A DNA stretch of 64,000 nucleotides from Candidatus Latescibacterota bacterium (GCA_965217585.1 OZ244561.1:1696001-1760000); one strand, 5' to 3'. Shown: positions 27,443 to 38,527, numbered from the stretch's first letter. Notes: generated by a model from the letters alone, not told the origin. Numbers and translations are program-made.

Positions 27443-28051
27443 ATGGCGCTGCTGTTGGCCTCGAACAACGCCGGCAAGCTGCGCGAAGTCCGCGCTCTGT
27501 TTGCCGAGGTCGAGGTCGTCGCGCCGGCCGAACTCGGCTTACAGCTCTGCGTCGAGGAAAGCGGCCAGACCTTTGCCGCCAACGCCCAGCTCAAGGCCCG
27601 CGCCTATGCCGCGGCCAGCGGACAAATCGCCCTCGCCGACGACTCCGGGCTTGAGGTGGATGCCCTCGGCGGTGCGCCCGGGATCTACTCGGCCCGCTAC
27701 GGCGGCCCCGACCTCGACGACGCCGGCCGCGGCCGGCTCTTGCTCGCCCAACTCGCGCCCTATCCTGCGCCAGCGCAACGCCGTGCTCGGTTCCGCTGCG
27801 TCCTCTGCGCAGCAAGTCCCGACGGCCACCACTGCCAAGCCGAGGGCACCTGTGAAGGGCTGATCGCCTCGGCCCCAGCCGGGACCAACGGCTTTGGCTA
27901 CGATCCGGTCTTTTTGCTCCCCGCCTACGCCAAAACTATGGCCCAGCTCGACCCGCATATAAAAAACGGTCTCAGTCACCGCGCCCAGGCGCTGGCGGCC
28001 ATGCGCCCGCTGCTGGCCAGCACCTTTCCCGAGCTCGCCCTCTCCCGCTAA
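27443..28051 (+). CDS. rdgB: Non-canonical purine NTP pyrophosphatase (RdgB/HAM1)
   Basis: ASNNAGK, ADDSGL.VDAL.GAPG.YSAR, GFGYDP.F and KN..SHR motifs. Confidence 0.95.
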   Translation: MALLLASNNAGKLREVRALFAEVEVVAPAELGLQLCVEESGQTFAANAQLKARAYAAASGQIALADDSGLEVDALGGAPGIYSARYGGPDLDDAGRGRLLLAQLAPYPAPAQRRARFRCVLCAASPDGHHCQAEGTCEGLIASAPAGTNGFGYDPVFLLPAYAKTMAQLDPHIKNGLSHRAQALAAMRPLLASTFPELALSR

Positions 28052-29787
28052 TGTTTGGTCCGTTTGCCCAATACGTCCGTCCCTATCGGGGGCGCATCCT
28101 GCTCGGCGCGCTCTGCATCGGGTTGGGGCAGGCGGCGACGGCGCGCATCCCACTGCTGGTGCGCGATGCCGTCGATGCGGTCTTGGCGACGGATCCTACC
28201 TCCGAGGAAGTCGCAACCTACGTCTTCCACATCCTCGCCTACGCCCTAGGCGTGGCCTTGTGCGGCTATGTCATGCGGATACTGCTAGGCCGCGTCGCCA
28301 ACCGCATCGAATACGACATCCGCACCGCGTATTTTGCCCACCTGCTCAAGCTGCCGCTGTCGTACTACCAGCAGCGCCGCACCGGCGACCTCATGGCGCG
28401 GGCGACCAACGATCTCCACTCGGTGCATATTTTTTGGGTCTATGGCATTCGCGGCATCGTCGATACCGCCTTGGGGCTGACCTTCACGCTCGCCTGTATG
28501 TGCCTGATCGACTGGAAGCTGGCTCTGCTGGTGCTGATACCCATGCCGCTTTTTAGCGTCGTGATGATCCGCATCGCCGCGGTCATCCACACCCGCTACA
28601 AGGCCATCCAAGAATACTTCGGTCAGATCAGCACCTTCATCCAGGAAAACCTCTCCGGCATCCGCGTGGTCCGGGCCTACACCCAAGAGCCAGCGCAAAA
28701 CGCCGCGTTCGACCAACTCAATTTGGCGTACCTAGAAAAAAACCGCGCCTATATCCTCACCCGCGCCAACTACCGGCCGCTCTCCTACGTCATCGCCTCG
28801 CTCTGCTTGGGGCTGAACTTGTGGCTGGGCGGGCGCGCAGTCATCGACGGCGAACTCAGCTTAGGGGCCTTCGTCGCCTTCAACGCCTACCTGACCCAAC
28901 TCATCCGCCCGATCATGTACATCGGCTGGGTCATCGACCGCGCCCAGCGCGCCCTCGTGTCCATGCAGCGCATCAACGAGATCCTCGCCGTCGAGCCCGA
29001 GATCCAAGACCGCGCCCTGCCCCCGGCCAATCCGCGCCCAATCGCCGGGCACATCGCCTTCCGCAAGCTCAGCTTCTCCTACGGCAGGGAACAAGTCCTA
29101 CACCAGATTGATCTCGATATTCCCCCAGGCAAGACCCTCGGCATCATCGGCCGGGTCGGCTCGGGTAAAACCACCCTAGCGCGCCTCGTGCCGCGCTTGA
29201 TCCAAGCCGGGCCGGGGCAGCTGCTCATCGACGGGGTGCCGATCGAGGAATGGCCCCTAGCGACCTTGCGCGACGCCATCGGCTACGTCCCGCAAAATCC
29301 CTTTCTATTTTCCAATACCCTCAATGCCAACATCGCCTACGGCGCGGATTCTGCCGCAGAAGACCAGATCCACGCCGCGGCCGCAGAGGCTCAGCTCAAA
29401 AAGGACATCGACCAATTCGACGAGGGCTTCGACACCCTCATCGGCGAGCGCGGCGTCACCTTGTCCGGCGGCCAGAAGCAGCGCGCGACCTTGGCCCGGG
29501 CGCTCATTCGCCGCCCACAGATCCTCATCCTCGACGACGCGCTCTCCGCGGTGGACACCCACACGGAAGAAGCGATCCTCGACCACTTGCACACCCTCAT
29601 GCAGGGCCGCACCACCCTCATCATCGCCCACCGCATCTCGACCCTGCGCCACGCCGACTACATAGTCGTCCTAGAGGAAGGCCGCATCGCCGAGCAGGGC
29701 ACCCACGACGAGCTGGTCAACAGCGGCGGCTTCTACGCCGAGCTGTACCAGCGCCAGCAGCTTAGCGCCGAGTTGGAAACGCTGTGA
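28051..29787 (+). CDS. ABC exporter half-transporter (TMD+NBD)
   Basis: GRVGSGKT, LSGGQKQR and a degenerate Walker B (ILDDA). Confidence 0.92.
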   Translation: MFGPFAQYVRPYRGRILLGALCIGLGQAATARIPLLVRDAVDAVLATDPTSEEVATYVFHILAYALGVALCGYVMRILLGRVANRIEYDIRTAYFAHLLKLPLSYYQQRRTGDLMARATNDLHSVHIFWVYGIRGIVDTALGLTFTLACMCLIDWKLALLVLIPMPLFSVVMIRIAAVIHTRYKAIQEYFGQISTFIQENLSGIRVVRAYTQEPAQNAAFDQLNLAYLEKNRAYILTRANYRPLSYVIASLCLGLNLWLGGRAVIDGELSLGAFVAFNAYLTQLIRPIMYIGWVIDRAQRALVSMQRINEILAVEPEIQDRALPPANPRPIAGHIAFRKLSFSYGREQVLHQIDLDIPPGKTLGIIGRVGSGKTTLARLVPRLIQAGPGQLLIDGVPIEEWPLATLRDAIGYVPQNPFLFSNTLNANIAYGADSAAEDQIHAAAAEAQLKKDIDQFDEGFDTLIGERGVTLSGGQKQRATLARALIRRPQILILDDALSAVDTHTEEAILDHLHTLMQGRTTLIIAHRISTLRHADYIVVLEEGRIAEQGTHDELVNSGGFYAELYQRQQLSAELETL

Positions 29788-31568
29788 GCACCGAACTCAA
29801 CAAAGAAGAAGAAATCCAGCAACGCGCCTTCAATTTGGGGCTGACGCTGCAACTGTTGGGCTATCTCAAACCCCATCGCGGGCGCGTGGTCATCGCCTTC
29901 GGCACCATCGCCCTCGCCGCCGGCACCGGCCAGATCGGCCCCTATCTGACGCAGGTGGCCGTTGACGACTACATCGCCGTCGGCGACTGGGTGGGGTTGC
30001 GGTGGATGATCGCGGCCTTCTTTGGCAGCGTCGCCGTGCAGTACGGTGCCCAATACGCCCAAACCTTGGTCACCGGCATGATCGGCCAGCAGGTCATGTA
30101 CGACATGCGCCGCGACCTCTTTGCCCACCTGCAACAGCTGCCGCTGCGCTACTTCGACCGCACGCCGCTGGGCCGGATTATGACCCGCGCCACCAACGAC
30201 ATCGACGCCCTCAACGAGTTTTTCAGCGAGGGCATCGTCTCGGTCTTTATGGACCTGTTCACCCTGCTGGCCATCGTCGGCTTCATGGCCTATATCGACT
30301 TCGAGCTCGCCCTGATCTGCTGCACGGTAGTCCCGGTCATCGCCACCTCGACCTTCTACCTCCAAGGCCTAGCGGTGCGCGCCTATCGGGAGTTGCGCAC
30401 GCGCCTAGCGCGGCTCAATGCCTATTTGCAGGAGAACATCACCGGCGTGGAGGTGGTGCAACTCTTCAACCGCCAGCAGCGCAATTTGCGCGACTTCGAC
30501 GCCGAGCACCTGCCCTATCGCCGCGCCGAAGATCGCGAAATCCACTGCTATGCCGTCTTCTTTCCCTTCACCGAACTACTCGGCACGGTCGGCATGGCGA
30601 TGGTCCTATGGTACGGGGCCTCGGACGTGATCGACGGCCGCGTCGAGTTGGGGGTGCTGGTGGCCTTTCTCCAGTACATCCGCCGCTTCTTCCGCCCGAT
30701 CATGGACATCTCCGACCGCTATGCCCTGTTGCAGAGCGCCATGGCCGCGTCTGAGCGTATCTTCGAGCTGTTGGCCGTCCCCGGCGAACCCGCCGGTGGA
30801 CCGCGGCGCAATCTGCCGGTGGCCAGCCGCGGCGGCGCGATTGAATTCCGCAACGTGTACTTTAAGTACGATCCAGCGGCCGCAGACTGGATTCTCAAGG
30901 ATGTCTCGTTTGAACTACAGGCCGGGCAGAGCTTGGCGCTGGTCGGGGCCACCGGCTCGGGCAAGACCACCATCGTCAGTCTCCTCTGCCGCTTCTACGA
31001 CATCCAGCATGGGGAAATCCTCGTCGATGGCCGCGACGTGCGCCAGTGGCATGCGGCCGAACTGCGCCGCCGCATCAGCATCGTCCAGCAGGAGGTTTTC
31101 TTGTTTTCGGGGAATATTAGCGGCAATATCCGCCTCGGCGAGGACGCCATCGACGACGCCCAAGTCGAGCGCGCGGCCCGCTACGTCAATGCCGCGCCCT
31201 TTATCGAGCGCCTCCCCCAAGACTTTGCCCACGCCGTGGCCGAAGGCGGCTCGACCCTGTCGGCCGGCCAGCGCCAGTTGTTGGCCTTTGCCCGGGCCTT
31301 AGCCTTCGACCCGAAAATCCTCGTCCTCGACGAGGCGACCTCCAGCATCGACACCGAAACCGAACAACTCATCCAAGACGCCATCGCCAAGCTGATGCAC
31401 GACCGCACCTCCATCGTCATTGCCCACCGCCTCTCGACCATCCGCAGTGCCGACCAGATCTTGGTGATGCACCGCGGCGAGGTGCGCGAGCGGGGCCGCC
31501 ACGAAGAGCTGTTGCTCCAAGACGGCATCTACGCCCGGCTCCACCGCCTCAACTACGGCCAGTCCTAG
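29784..31568 (+). CDS. ABC exporter half-transporter, heterodimer partner
   Basis: GATGSGKT, LSAGQRQL, VLDEAT and AHRLST motifs. Confidence 0.92.
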   Translation: MSTELNKEEEIQQRAFNLGLTLQLLGYLKPHRGRVVIAFGTIALAAGTGQIGPYLTQVAVDDYIAVGDWVGLRWMIAAFFGSVAVQYGAQYAQTLVTGMIGQQVMYDMRRDLFAHLQQLPLRYFDRTPLGRIMTRATNDIDALNEFFSEGIVSVFMDLFTLLAIVGFMAYIDFELALICCTVVPVIATSTFYLQGLAVRAYRELRTRLARLNAYLQENITGVEVVQLFNRQQRNLRDFDAEHLPYRRAEDREIHCYAVFFPFTELLGTVGMAMVLWYGASDVIDGRVELGVLVAFLQYIRRFFRPIMDISDRYALLQSAMAASERIFELLAVPGEPAGGPRRNLPVASRGGAIEFRNVYFKYDPAAADWILKDVSFELQAGQSLALVGATGSGKTTIVSLLCRFYDIQHGEILVDGRDVRQWHAAELRRRISIVQQEVFLFSGNISGNIRLGEDAIDDAQVERAARYVNAAPFIERLPQDFAHAVAEGGSTLSAGQRQLLAFARALAFDPKILVLDEATSSIDTETEQLIQDAIAKLMHDRTSIVIAHRLSTIRSADQILVMHRGEVRERGRHEELLLQDGIYARLHRLNYGQS

Positions 31569-31816
31569 GCCGCCTCGGCCTCTTCCGGTGCGGCTTTTCC
31601 GCGCCGCGCCGCAATCCCGTCCACGGCCTTCACCACCTGGTCGCGCGTCTCCTCGGCTTGGCGCGCGATTAGACGCCGGGTGTCTTCGCCCTTGTGCGGG
31701 GCCAGTAAAACGCCTATGGCCGCACCGACCGCGACGCCGGCCATAAAACCGGCCAAGAGGCACGTCGTGCCGTTGGTTGAATGCTGCTGCCTGGGGTAAA
31801 TCTTTTCGTAGAACAT
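31565..31816 (-). CDS. YtxH-domain protein
   Basis: GFMAGVAVGAAIGVLLAPHKGEDTR motif. Confidence 0.8.
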   Translation of the reverse strand: MFYEKIYPRQQHSTNGTTCLLAGFMAGVAVGAAIGVLLAPHKGEDTRRLIARQAEETRDQVVKAVDGIAARRGKAAPEEAEAA

Positions 31817-31950
31817 ACAAAGCTCCTTGGGCTATGAGTGCATTTACTTACTATTAAAGAAAACCAAGTGTATTGAATAAAACCAATGCAATTTTTATAC
31901 TTTAAGGCTAAATCCTTCATCCTTCCCCCGCCAACGCAGAGAGGACTTCT

Positions 31951-33432
31951 ATGGCCCAAGTCCTGAGCACCCCTTCGCACAGCCTCAAAGAATTTCGCAT
32001 TCTGCCTGGGTACACGCCAACCGACGGCAGCGCCCCCAACGCGTCGCTCAAAACCCGGCTCTGCCGCAAGGGAGGCGACTTTCTCTATCTGCACGTGCCC
32101 TTCCTCAGCGCCGCCATGCAGGCCGTGACCGGCGGCGAGATGGCCATTGCCTTGGCCCAGCTAGGCGGCATCGGCATCCTGCCCGTCAGCCAGCCCACGG
32201 ACGAGCAGTGCGCCAAAATCAGCCAAGTCAAGCGCTTCAAGGCCGGTTTTCAGACCGATATTCTCACCTTGGCCCCCGAGCAACCCATCGCTGAGGTCGT
32301 CGAGATCATCCACCGCACCGGCTATACGACCTTTCCGGTCACCACCAGCGGCCAGTTCCACGACCAACTCCTCGGCATCCTCACCGACAAGGACTTCGAC
32401 GAGCGCCGCGACCTCGACTGCCAAGTCGCCTCGCGCATGAAAACCGACGTGCAGGCCGGCCGCGAAATAAGCGACCTCAAGGCCGCCAACGAGCTGATGA
32501 TCCGCTATGGCCGCGGCTTCCTGCCCATCCTATCTAAGGGAGGCGTGCTACAAGCGGTGGTCTTCAAAAAGGACCTCGACAAGCACCTGCGGCACCCCAA
32601 CGAATCGATCGACGAAAAGAAGCGCCTGCTCGTCGGCGCGGCTGTCTCCACCCACCCGGAGGATCGCGAGCGAGCCGAAGCCCTCATTGAGCAAGAAGTG
32701 GACGTGCTGGTCATCGACGCCTCCGACGGCCACACCGAGTACCAGCGGCAGATGATCCAATTCATCAAGGAGCGCACCGACGCCCCGGTCATCGGCGGCA
32801 ACGTCGTCACGGCCGAGGGATTTCGCTTCTTGGCCGCGGCCGGTGCCGACGCGGTCAAAGTCGGCATGGGAATCGGCTCGGGCTGCATTACGCAGGAGGT
32901 CAAGGCCACCGGCCGCGGCCAAGGCACGGCCCTGATGGAAATCAACGCGGCGCGCAACCAGTGGCAGCAGGATTGCAACGCCTACTTGCCCATCGTCGCC
33001 GACGGCGGCATTTCGAGCCCGGCCGAGATCGCCGTGGCCATGGCCTTGGGTGCCAACGCCGTGATGATGGGGCACTTCTTCGCCGGCTACACCGAGAGCC
33101 AAGGCAACCTCGTGCGCACCGCGGCCGGCGACATCGTCAAAGAGTACTGGATGGAAGGTTCGCTGCGCGCCCACAACATGCGGCGCTATACACAGACGCA
33201 AGAGCACTTCTTCGAGGAGGGCATCGCCGGCTACGTGCCCCACATCGGCTCGCTGCACGACAAATTGCCGATCCGCATCCAGATGCTGCGCGCCACCCTC
33301 GCCACGGCCGGTTGCCGCACCATCGACGAGCTGCACGAAAAGGCCGTACTCGAAATGCAGTCGTCCACCGCGCTGATGGACAGCCAGATCCACGACATCG
33401 TCCCCACCCCAACCGACCAACAGATCCTCTAA
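31951..33432 (+). CDS. guaB: IMP dehydrogenase
   Basis: SAAM, GGIG, CBS pair, GNVVT, catalytic GSGCIT, ADGG and EEG motifs. Confidence 0.88.
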   Translation: MAQVLSTPSHSLKEFRILPGYTPTDGSAPNASLKTRLCRKGGDFLYLHVPFLSAAMQAVTGGEMAIALAQLGGIGILPVSQPTDEQCAKISQVKRFKAGFQTDILTLAPEQPIAEVVEIIHRTGYTTFPVTTSGQFHDQLLGILTDKDFDERRDLDCQVASRMKTDVQAGREISDLKAANELMIRYGRGFLPILSKGGVLQAVVFKKDLDKHLRHPNESIDEKKRLLVGAAVSTHPEDRERAEALIEQEVDVLVIDASDGHTEYQRQMIQFIKERTDAPVIGGNVVTAEGFRFLAAAGADAVKVGMGIGSGCITQEVKATGRGQGTALMEINAARNQWQQDCNAYLPIVADGGISSPAEIAVAMALGANAVMMGHFFAGYTESQGNLVRTAAGDIVKEYWMEGSLRAHNMRRYTQTQEHFFEEGIAGYVPHIGSLHDKLPIRIQMLRATLATAGCRTIDELHEKAVLEMQSSTALMDSQIHDIVPTPTDQQIL

Positions 33433-33435
33433 ATC

Positions 33436-34125
33436 ATGCACATACTAATTACCAACGCCGCTACCTCGCTCGGCCAAGCCCTAGCCGCTGGCCTCGGCGA
33501 CGCACACCAATTGCGCTTGACCGACCCTGAACCTGGGATCGGGATCCAGAGCGATCTAGGCCACGACGAATCAACCGATGCGCTCATCACAGACATCGAC
33601 GCCATCGTTCACCTCGCCTACGCGCCGCGGGCGGGCGACGGCGAGATCACTTGGCTGGACCACAATACGCGCCGCACGTACAATCTGCTCTTGGCCGCGG
33701 CCGCCGCGGAGGTCGAACACGCCATCCTCTTGAGCACCCTCGACCTTTTCGCCCCGTACGCAGAAGACCTCACCGTTAACGAGACTTGGAAGCCGCTGCC
33801 CTCCTGCGCGCCGGCCGTTCTCGGCGCTCACCTAGCCGAGTTTACTGCCCGCGAATTTGCCCACAGCCACGCGCTCCACATCACCATCGCCCGGCTCGGC
33901 CACCTAATCCGCGCCGAAGAGGTCGCCGATCAGGCCTACGACCCCATGTGGCTCGACGAGCGCGACGCCGCCCAAGCCGTAGGCCAGATCGTGCAAAAGA
34001 GACCCGCCAGCCAGTACCGCGCCATCCACATCCAGTCCACTGCAGCGCGCGCCCGCTTTTCCGTCGAGAACGCCAAGAGCCTCCTGACATTCGCCCCCCA
34101 ATACAACTTTGAGGCCAACCCATGA
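33436..34125 (+). CDS. NAD-dependent epimerase/dehydratase-like SDR (degenerate)
   Basis: Extended-SDR layout, but ITNAATSLG replaces GxxGxxG and there is no clear YxxxK. Confidence 0.65.
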   Translation: MHILITNAATSLGQALAAGLGDAHQLRLTDPEPGIGIQSDLGHDESTDALITDIDAIVHLAYAPRAGDGEITWLDHNTRRTYNLLLAAAAAEVEHAILLSTLDLFAPYAEDLTVNETWKPLPSCAPAVLGAHLAEFTAREFAHSHALHITIARLGHLIRAEEVADQAYDPMWLDERDAAQAVGQIVQKRPASQYRAIHIQSTAARARFSVENAKSLLTFAPQYNFEANP

Positions 34126-34856
34126 AAGTTTTGCTCCTAGGCGGCAACGGCTTTCTCGGTCCGCACGTGGTCAACCAGCTCCAAGACACCTACGAGCTGC
34201 GCATCACCGACATCGTGCCCATCGACAGCCCGCACGAAACCATGCAGGTGGACGTCTCCGACCTCGACCAAGTGCGCCGCGCCACCGAGGGCACCGATGT
34301 AACCATCAACTGCTCGGTCCTGCGCCCCGACCGCAAGATCGCCTTTGACGTCAACACCACCGGCACGTACAACGGCATCCGCGCCGCCGTCGAAAACGGC
34401 CACACCCGCTTCGTCAACACCGGTCCCCACTTCACCCAAGCCGGCCCCTCCTACGACCACTACGACTTCGACATCAACGAGGAAGTCCCCCTGCATTCGG
34501 GTGTCAACCTCTACGCCCACACCAAATCGCTCGGCCAAGAGATTTGCCGCGTATTCACCGCCAACCACCCCATCCACGTACTCACCACCCTCTTTCTGAG
34601 CTTCCGCGAGGCCGAGCCGTCAGCGGAGCAACTCGGCAGCGGCACCAATCCCTTTTCCGTCACCTTTCCCGACGCCGCCCGCGCCCTGCAAAAGTGCCTA
34701 GAGGTGGCCTTGGCGTCCCTGCCCTCGCGCTGCGAGATTTTTCACATCACCACAGACACGCCCCACGGCCGCTACAGCAACGCCAAGGCCCGGCGTCTGC
34801 TGGGCTGGGTACCGCAGGACCTGCTCGAAGGCTACTGGCGCAAGCCGCAAGGCTAG
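34122..34856 (+). CDS. NAD-dependent epimerase/dehydratase family SDR
   Basis: GGNGFLG and YAHTK (YxxxK). Confidence 0.85.
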   Translation: MKVLLLGGNGFLGPHVVNQLQDTYELRITDIVPIDSPHETMQVDVSDLDQVRRATEGTDVTINCSVLRPDRKIAFDVNTTGTYNGIRAAVENGHTRFVNTGPHFTQAGPSYDHYDFDINEEVPLHSGVNLYAHTKSLGQEICRVFTANHPIHVLTTLFLSFREAEPSAEQLGSGTNPFSVTFPDAARALQKCLEVALASLPSRCEIFHITTDTPHGRYSNAKARRLLGWVPQDLLEGYWRKPQG

Positions 34857-34861
34857 CAGCC

Positions 34862-35887
34862 ATGCCCACGGCCTCCGCACAGATATTCGACGGCCCAAGC
34901 CATCCGCTGCGCGGCGAAAACCTGCCTCTGCCAGACTCCCTCGCGCCCGGTGCAGTGCTCGTCGCGATCGGCCTAGCCACGATCTGCGGCTCCGACCTCC
35001 ATACGCTGTCTGGCCTGCGCTCTGAGCCTGCGCCCCTGATCCTCGGTCACGAGGCCGTCGGCCGCATCGTCGCCTCGCAGCGCCCCACCTTCGCGCCGGG
35101 CGACCGCATAAGCTGGAGCATCGCCGACAGTTGCGGTACCTGTCTGGCCTGCACCCAACATCGCTTGCCGGAAAAATGCGCCGCGCTCTTTAAATACGGC
35201 CACGCCACGCTCACCGACGGCAGCGGGCTCAACGGCTGTTACGCCACGCATCTGCTCATTAGACCCGGCACCCACATCGCCAAAGTGGACGACCGCTTAC
35301 CCGACTCCGTAGTCGCCCCGGCCAACTGCGCCTTGGCCACCGCAGTCAACGCCATCGCAGTACTGCCCACCCCCTGCCACCGGGTTCTGGTCCAGGGTGC
35401 CGGTCTGCTCGGCCTCTATACCTGCGCCCTGCTCGCCGAGCGCGGCATCGAGCAAATCTACTGTACCGATATCGACGCAGATCGCCTAGCGCTGTCCACC
35501 GAGTTCGGCGCTAGGCCCCTAGCCGATCCACCACCGGCAGGACTCGACGCCGTTTTTGAAGTCGCTGGCAACTCGGCCGTAATCCCCGCGGGGATCGCGG
35601 CCCTGCGCCCAGGCGGCAGCTACGTCTTCGTCGGCATGGTCCACCCCGACACCCGGCTAGAACTGACCGGCGAGCAGATCATCCGCAAGTGCCTGACGAT
35701 CCGCGGCGTCCACAACTACAGCCCGCGCCATCTCGACGAGGCGCTCGCCTTTCTCGCCCGCACCGCCGACCGCTATCCGTACCCGTCGCTGGTCAGCGAC
35801 CCCTTTGCCCTCGCAGTGCTAGACCAAGCCATCGCCCTAGCCGAAACCCGCCAACACATCCGCGTCGCCATTGACCCCAACTTATGA
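34862..35887 (+). CDS. Zn-dependent alcohol dehydrogenase, phosphonate-catabolism-associated (HpnZ-like)
   Basis: CGSDLH, GHE, C-C-C-C Zn site, KYGH, APANCALAT and GVHNY motifs, adjacent to phnA. Confidence 0.8.
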   Translation: MPTASAQIFDGPSHPLRGENLPLPDSLAPGAVLVAIGLATICGSDLHTLSGLRSEPAPLILGHEAVGRIVASQRPTFAPGDRISWSIADSCGTCLACTQHRLPEKCAALFKYGHATLTDGSGLNGCYATHLLIRPGTHIAKVDDRLPDSVVAPANCALATAVNAIAVLPTPCHRVLVQGAGLLGLYTCALLAERGIEQIYCTDIDADRLALSTEFGARPLADPPPAGLDAVFEVAGNSAVIPAGIAALRPGGSYVFVGMVHPDTRLELTGEQIIRKCLTIRGVHNYSPRHLDEALAFLARTADRYPYPSLVSDPFALAVLDQAIALAETRQHIRVAIDPNL

Positions 35888-37101
35888 TCCAAGTCAATAA
35901 CCGCGGCTATCGCCCACGCGAAAAAGCCATCGTCGGCATCTGCCTCGACGGCTGCGCCCAAGCCTACCTCGACCAAGCCGCCGCCCAGATGCCCAATCTC
36001 CGTTCGATCATAGCGCGCGGCGTCCACGGCCAAGTCCACACCGCGATCCCCTCTTTCACCAATCCCAACAACGTCGCCATCATCACCGGTGCGCCGCCGG
36101 CCATAAACGGCATTCCCGGCAATTTCTACTACGACCTAGACGCCGCTGAGGAAGTGATGATGAACGACCCCCGCTTCCTGCGCGCCCCGACGATCCTCGC
36201 CGCCTTCCATCAAGCCGGCCAACAAGTCGCTGCTATCACCACCAAAGACAAGTTGCGCCTGCTCTTGGCCCACGGCTGGCAAGGCATCAATTTCTCCGTC
36301 GAAAAAGCGCACCAAGCCGCGCTGGCCACCCACGGCATCGCCGACGTCCTCGACCTAGTCGGCCGGGAAAACCCCGGCATTTACGATCCCGAAGCCAGCG
36401 TGTACTGCATCGAGGCTGGCGTGCGTTTGCTCGAGCGCCACGACCTCGACTTACTCTACCTTTCGACCACCGATTTCGTCCAGCACAAGTGGGCACCCGG
36501 CGAGCCGGCAGCCAACGCCTTCTACGCCCGCCTCGACCGCTTTATCGGCGCGCTCGACGCCCAGGACATTATCTTGGGCATTACCGCCGATCACGGCATG
36601 AACGCCAAAACCAATGCCGACGGCTCGCCCAAGGTGCAGTTTATCGAAACCCAACTCATCGCCGCGGGCATCGCCGAAGTTAGGGTCATCCTGCCCATCA
36701 CCGACCCCTATGTCGTCCACCACGGCGCGCTGGGCTCCTACGCCACCGTCTATATCGACGACGAGCACATCGCACGAGCCACTGCGATCCTCCGCGCCAT
36801 CCCCGGCGTCGAACAGGTGCTCAGCCGCGAGCAAGCCGCCGCCACCTACCAACTCCCTTCCGACCGCATCGGCGAACTGGTCGTCCTCGCCGACCAAGAT
36901 ACCGTCCTCGGCCGCACCCCTGACTGGCACCAACTCGCCGACGTCGCCCAAGGCCTGCGCTCGCACGGCGGTCTGCACGAAGGCGTGGTGCCCATGATCT
37001 GCAATAGGCCGCTAACCGACGAATACGCCGAGTTATTGGCCTCGGGCCAAGCGCGCAACTGGGATCTTTTCGACTTTCTCTGCAATGGAGTCCTAGCCTG
37101 A
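35884..37101 (+). CDS. phnA: Phosphonoacetate hydrolase
   Basis: CLDG, PSFTNPNN, YLSTTDFVQHK, TADHGM, ITDPYVVHHGALGS and LRSHGG motifs. Confidence 0.93.
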   Translation: MIQVNNRGYRPREKAIVGICLDGCAQAYLDQAAAQMPNLRSIIARGVHGQVHTAIPSFTNPNNVAIITGAPPAINGIPGNFYYDLDAAEEVMMNDPRFLRAPTILAAFHQAGQQVAAITTKDKLRLLLAHGWQGINFSVEKAHQAALATHGIADVLDLVGRENPGIYDPEASVYCIEAGVRLLERHDLDLLYLSTTDFVQHKWAPGEPAANAFYARLDRFIGALDAQDIILGITADHGMNAKTNADGSPKVQFIETQLIAAGIAEVRVILPITDPYVVHHGALGSYATVYIDDEHIARATAILRAIPGVEQVLSREQAAATYQLPSDRIGELVVLADQDTVLGRTPDWHQLADVAQGLRSHGGLHEGVVPMICNRPLTDEYAELLASGQARNWDLFDFLCNGVLA

Positions 37102-38525
37102 TGCATCAATTCGGCAGCATCATCGGCGGTACCCAAGTCGAAAGTGGGCAGTGGATCGACGTCCATAATCCCTTCACCGGCCAGCAAGTCGGCCGCGTCT
37201 CCGCCATCGCCCCCGCAAAAGCCGACGCCGTCCTGCGCCAGACCCACGCCGCCAAATTCGACCTCAGCCGCTACGACCGCGCCCGAATCCTCAACGAAAT
37301 GGCCGACGCCATCGAATCCCGCAGCGACGCAGTCGCCCATCTGATCACCGATGAGTCCGGCCTCTGCCTCAAGGATACCACCTACGAAGCCAGCCGCGTC
37401 TGCGACGTATTGCGCTTCGCCGCCATCAAGGCCCTCGACGACGACTCCGAGGTCTTCCCCTGCGACATCTCCCAAAACGGCCGCCGCCGCCGCATCTATA
37501 CCACCCGCCAGCCCCTGCACCTCATCGCCGCGATCACCCCCTTCAACCACCCAATGAACCAAGTGGTCCACAAGATCGCCCCCGCTATCGCCACCGCTAA
37601 CGCCGTCGTCCTCAAACCTTCGGAGCAAACCCCGCTCGCCGCCTATTACCTAGCGCAACTCGCCCTCGACTGCGGCTTGCCTGCCGACATGCTCAACGTC
37701 ATCAACGGCCCATCCCCGGCAATCCCCGACCTACTGGTCAGACACGGCCTCGTCGACTTGGTCACCTTCACCGGCAGCAGCGCCATCGGCCGCTCCATCG
37801 CCGCGCGCGCTGGCTACAAGCGTCTGGTCCTAGAGCTCGGCGGCAGCTCGGCCCTGCTCGTCCTGCAGGACGCCGATGTCGAAGAAGCCGCCAGCATCAC
37901 CGTCGCCGGCCTCTATAAAAACTCGGGCCAGCGCTGCACCGCCATCCGCCGCATCCTAGTCCATCGCTCCTTGGCCGACGCCTTCGCCACCGTCCTAACC
38001 GCCAAGACCGCCGCCCTCAAATACGGCGATCCCTACGACCCTGCAAACGACATGGGTACGGTCATCAGCGAGACCGCGGCCAGCGCCATAGAACAGCGCG
38101 TCGCCAACGCCATCAGCAACGGAGCCACCTTATTAATCGGCCATAAACGCGACGGCGCCCTCTACGCCCCCACCGTCCTCGACCACGTCGAAAACAGCCA
38201 CACCCTCGTCGCCGAGGAGACCTTTGGCCCCGTCGCGCCGATCCTCCGCTTCAACACCCTCGACGAAGCCATCGCCATCGCCAACGATACCCCCTACGGC
38301 CTCTCCGGAGGGGTCGTCAGCAACCACTGGCCCTCGATCCAACGCGTCATCTCCGAACTCGAAGTGGGCACCGTCAACGTCAACGAGGCCCCCAGCTACC
38401 GCCTCGAATGGACCCCCTTCGGCGGCATTAAAGCCTCGGGCCTCGGTTACAAAGAAGGCGTCATCGAAACCATGAAGGCCATGACCAACGTCAAAACCTA
38501 TTCACTGCCTTGGGACGCGCCCTAA
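37101..38525 (+). CDS. phnY: Phosphonoacetaldehyde dehydrogenase
   Basis: ALDH motifs ITPFNHP, ELGG, NSGQRCTA, EETFGP and GYKEGV, directly after phnA. Confidence 0.88.
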   Translation: MHQFGSIIGGTQVESGQWIDVHNPFTGQQVGRVSAIAPAKADAVLRQTHAAKFDLSRYDRARILNEMADAIESRSDAVAHLITDESGLCLKDTTYEASRVCDVLRFAAIKALDDDSEVFPCDISQNGRRRRIYTTRQPLHLIAAITPFNHPMNQVVHKIAPAIATANAVVLKPSEQTPLAAYYLAQLALDCGLPADMLNVINGPSPAIPDLLVRHGLVDLVTFTGSSAIGRSIAARAGYKRLVLELGGSSALLVLQDADVEEAASITVAGLYKNSGQRCTAIRRILVHRSLADAFATVLTAKTAALKYGDPYDPANDMGTVISETAASAIEQRVANAISNGATLLIGHKRDGALYAPTVLDHVENSHTLVAEETFGPVAPILRFNTLDEAIAIANDTPYGLSGGVVSNHWPSIQRVISELEVGTVNVNEAPSYRLEWTPFGGIKASGLGYKEGVIETMKAMTNVKTYSLPWDAP

Positions 38526-38527
38526 AC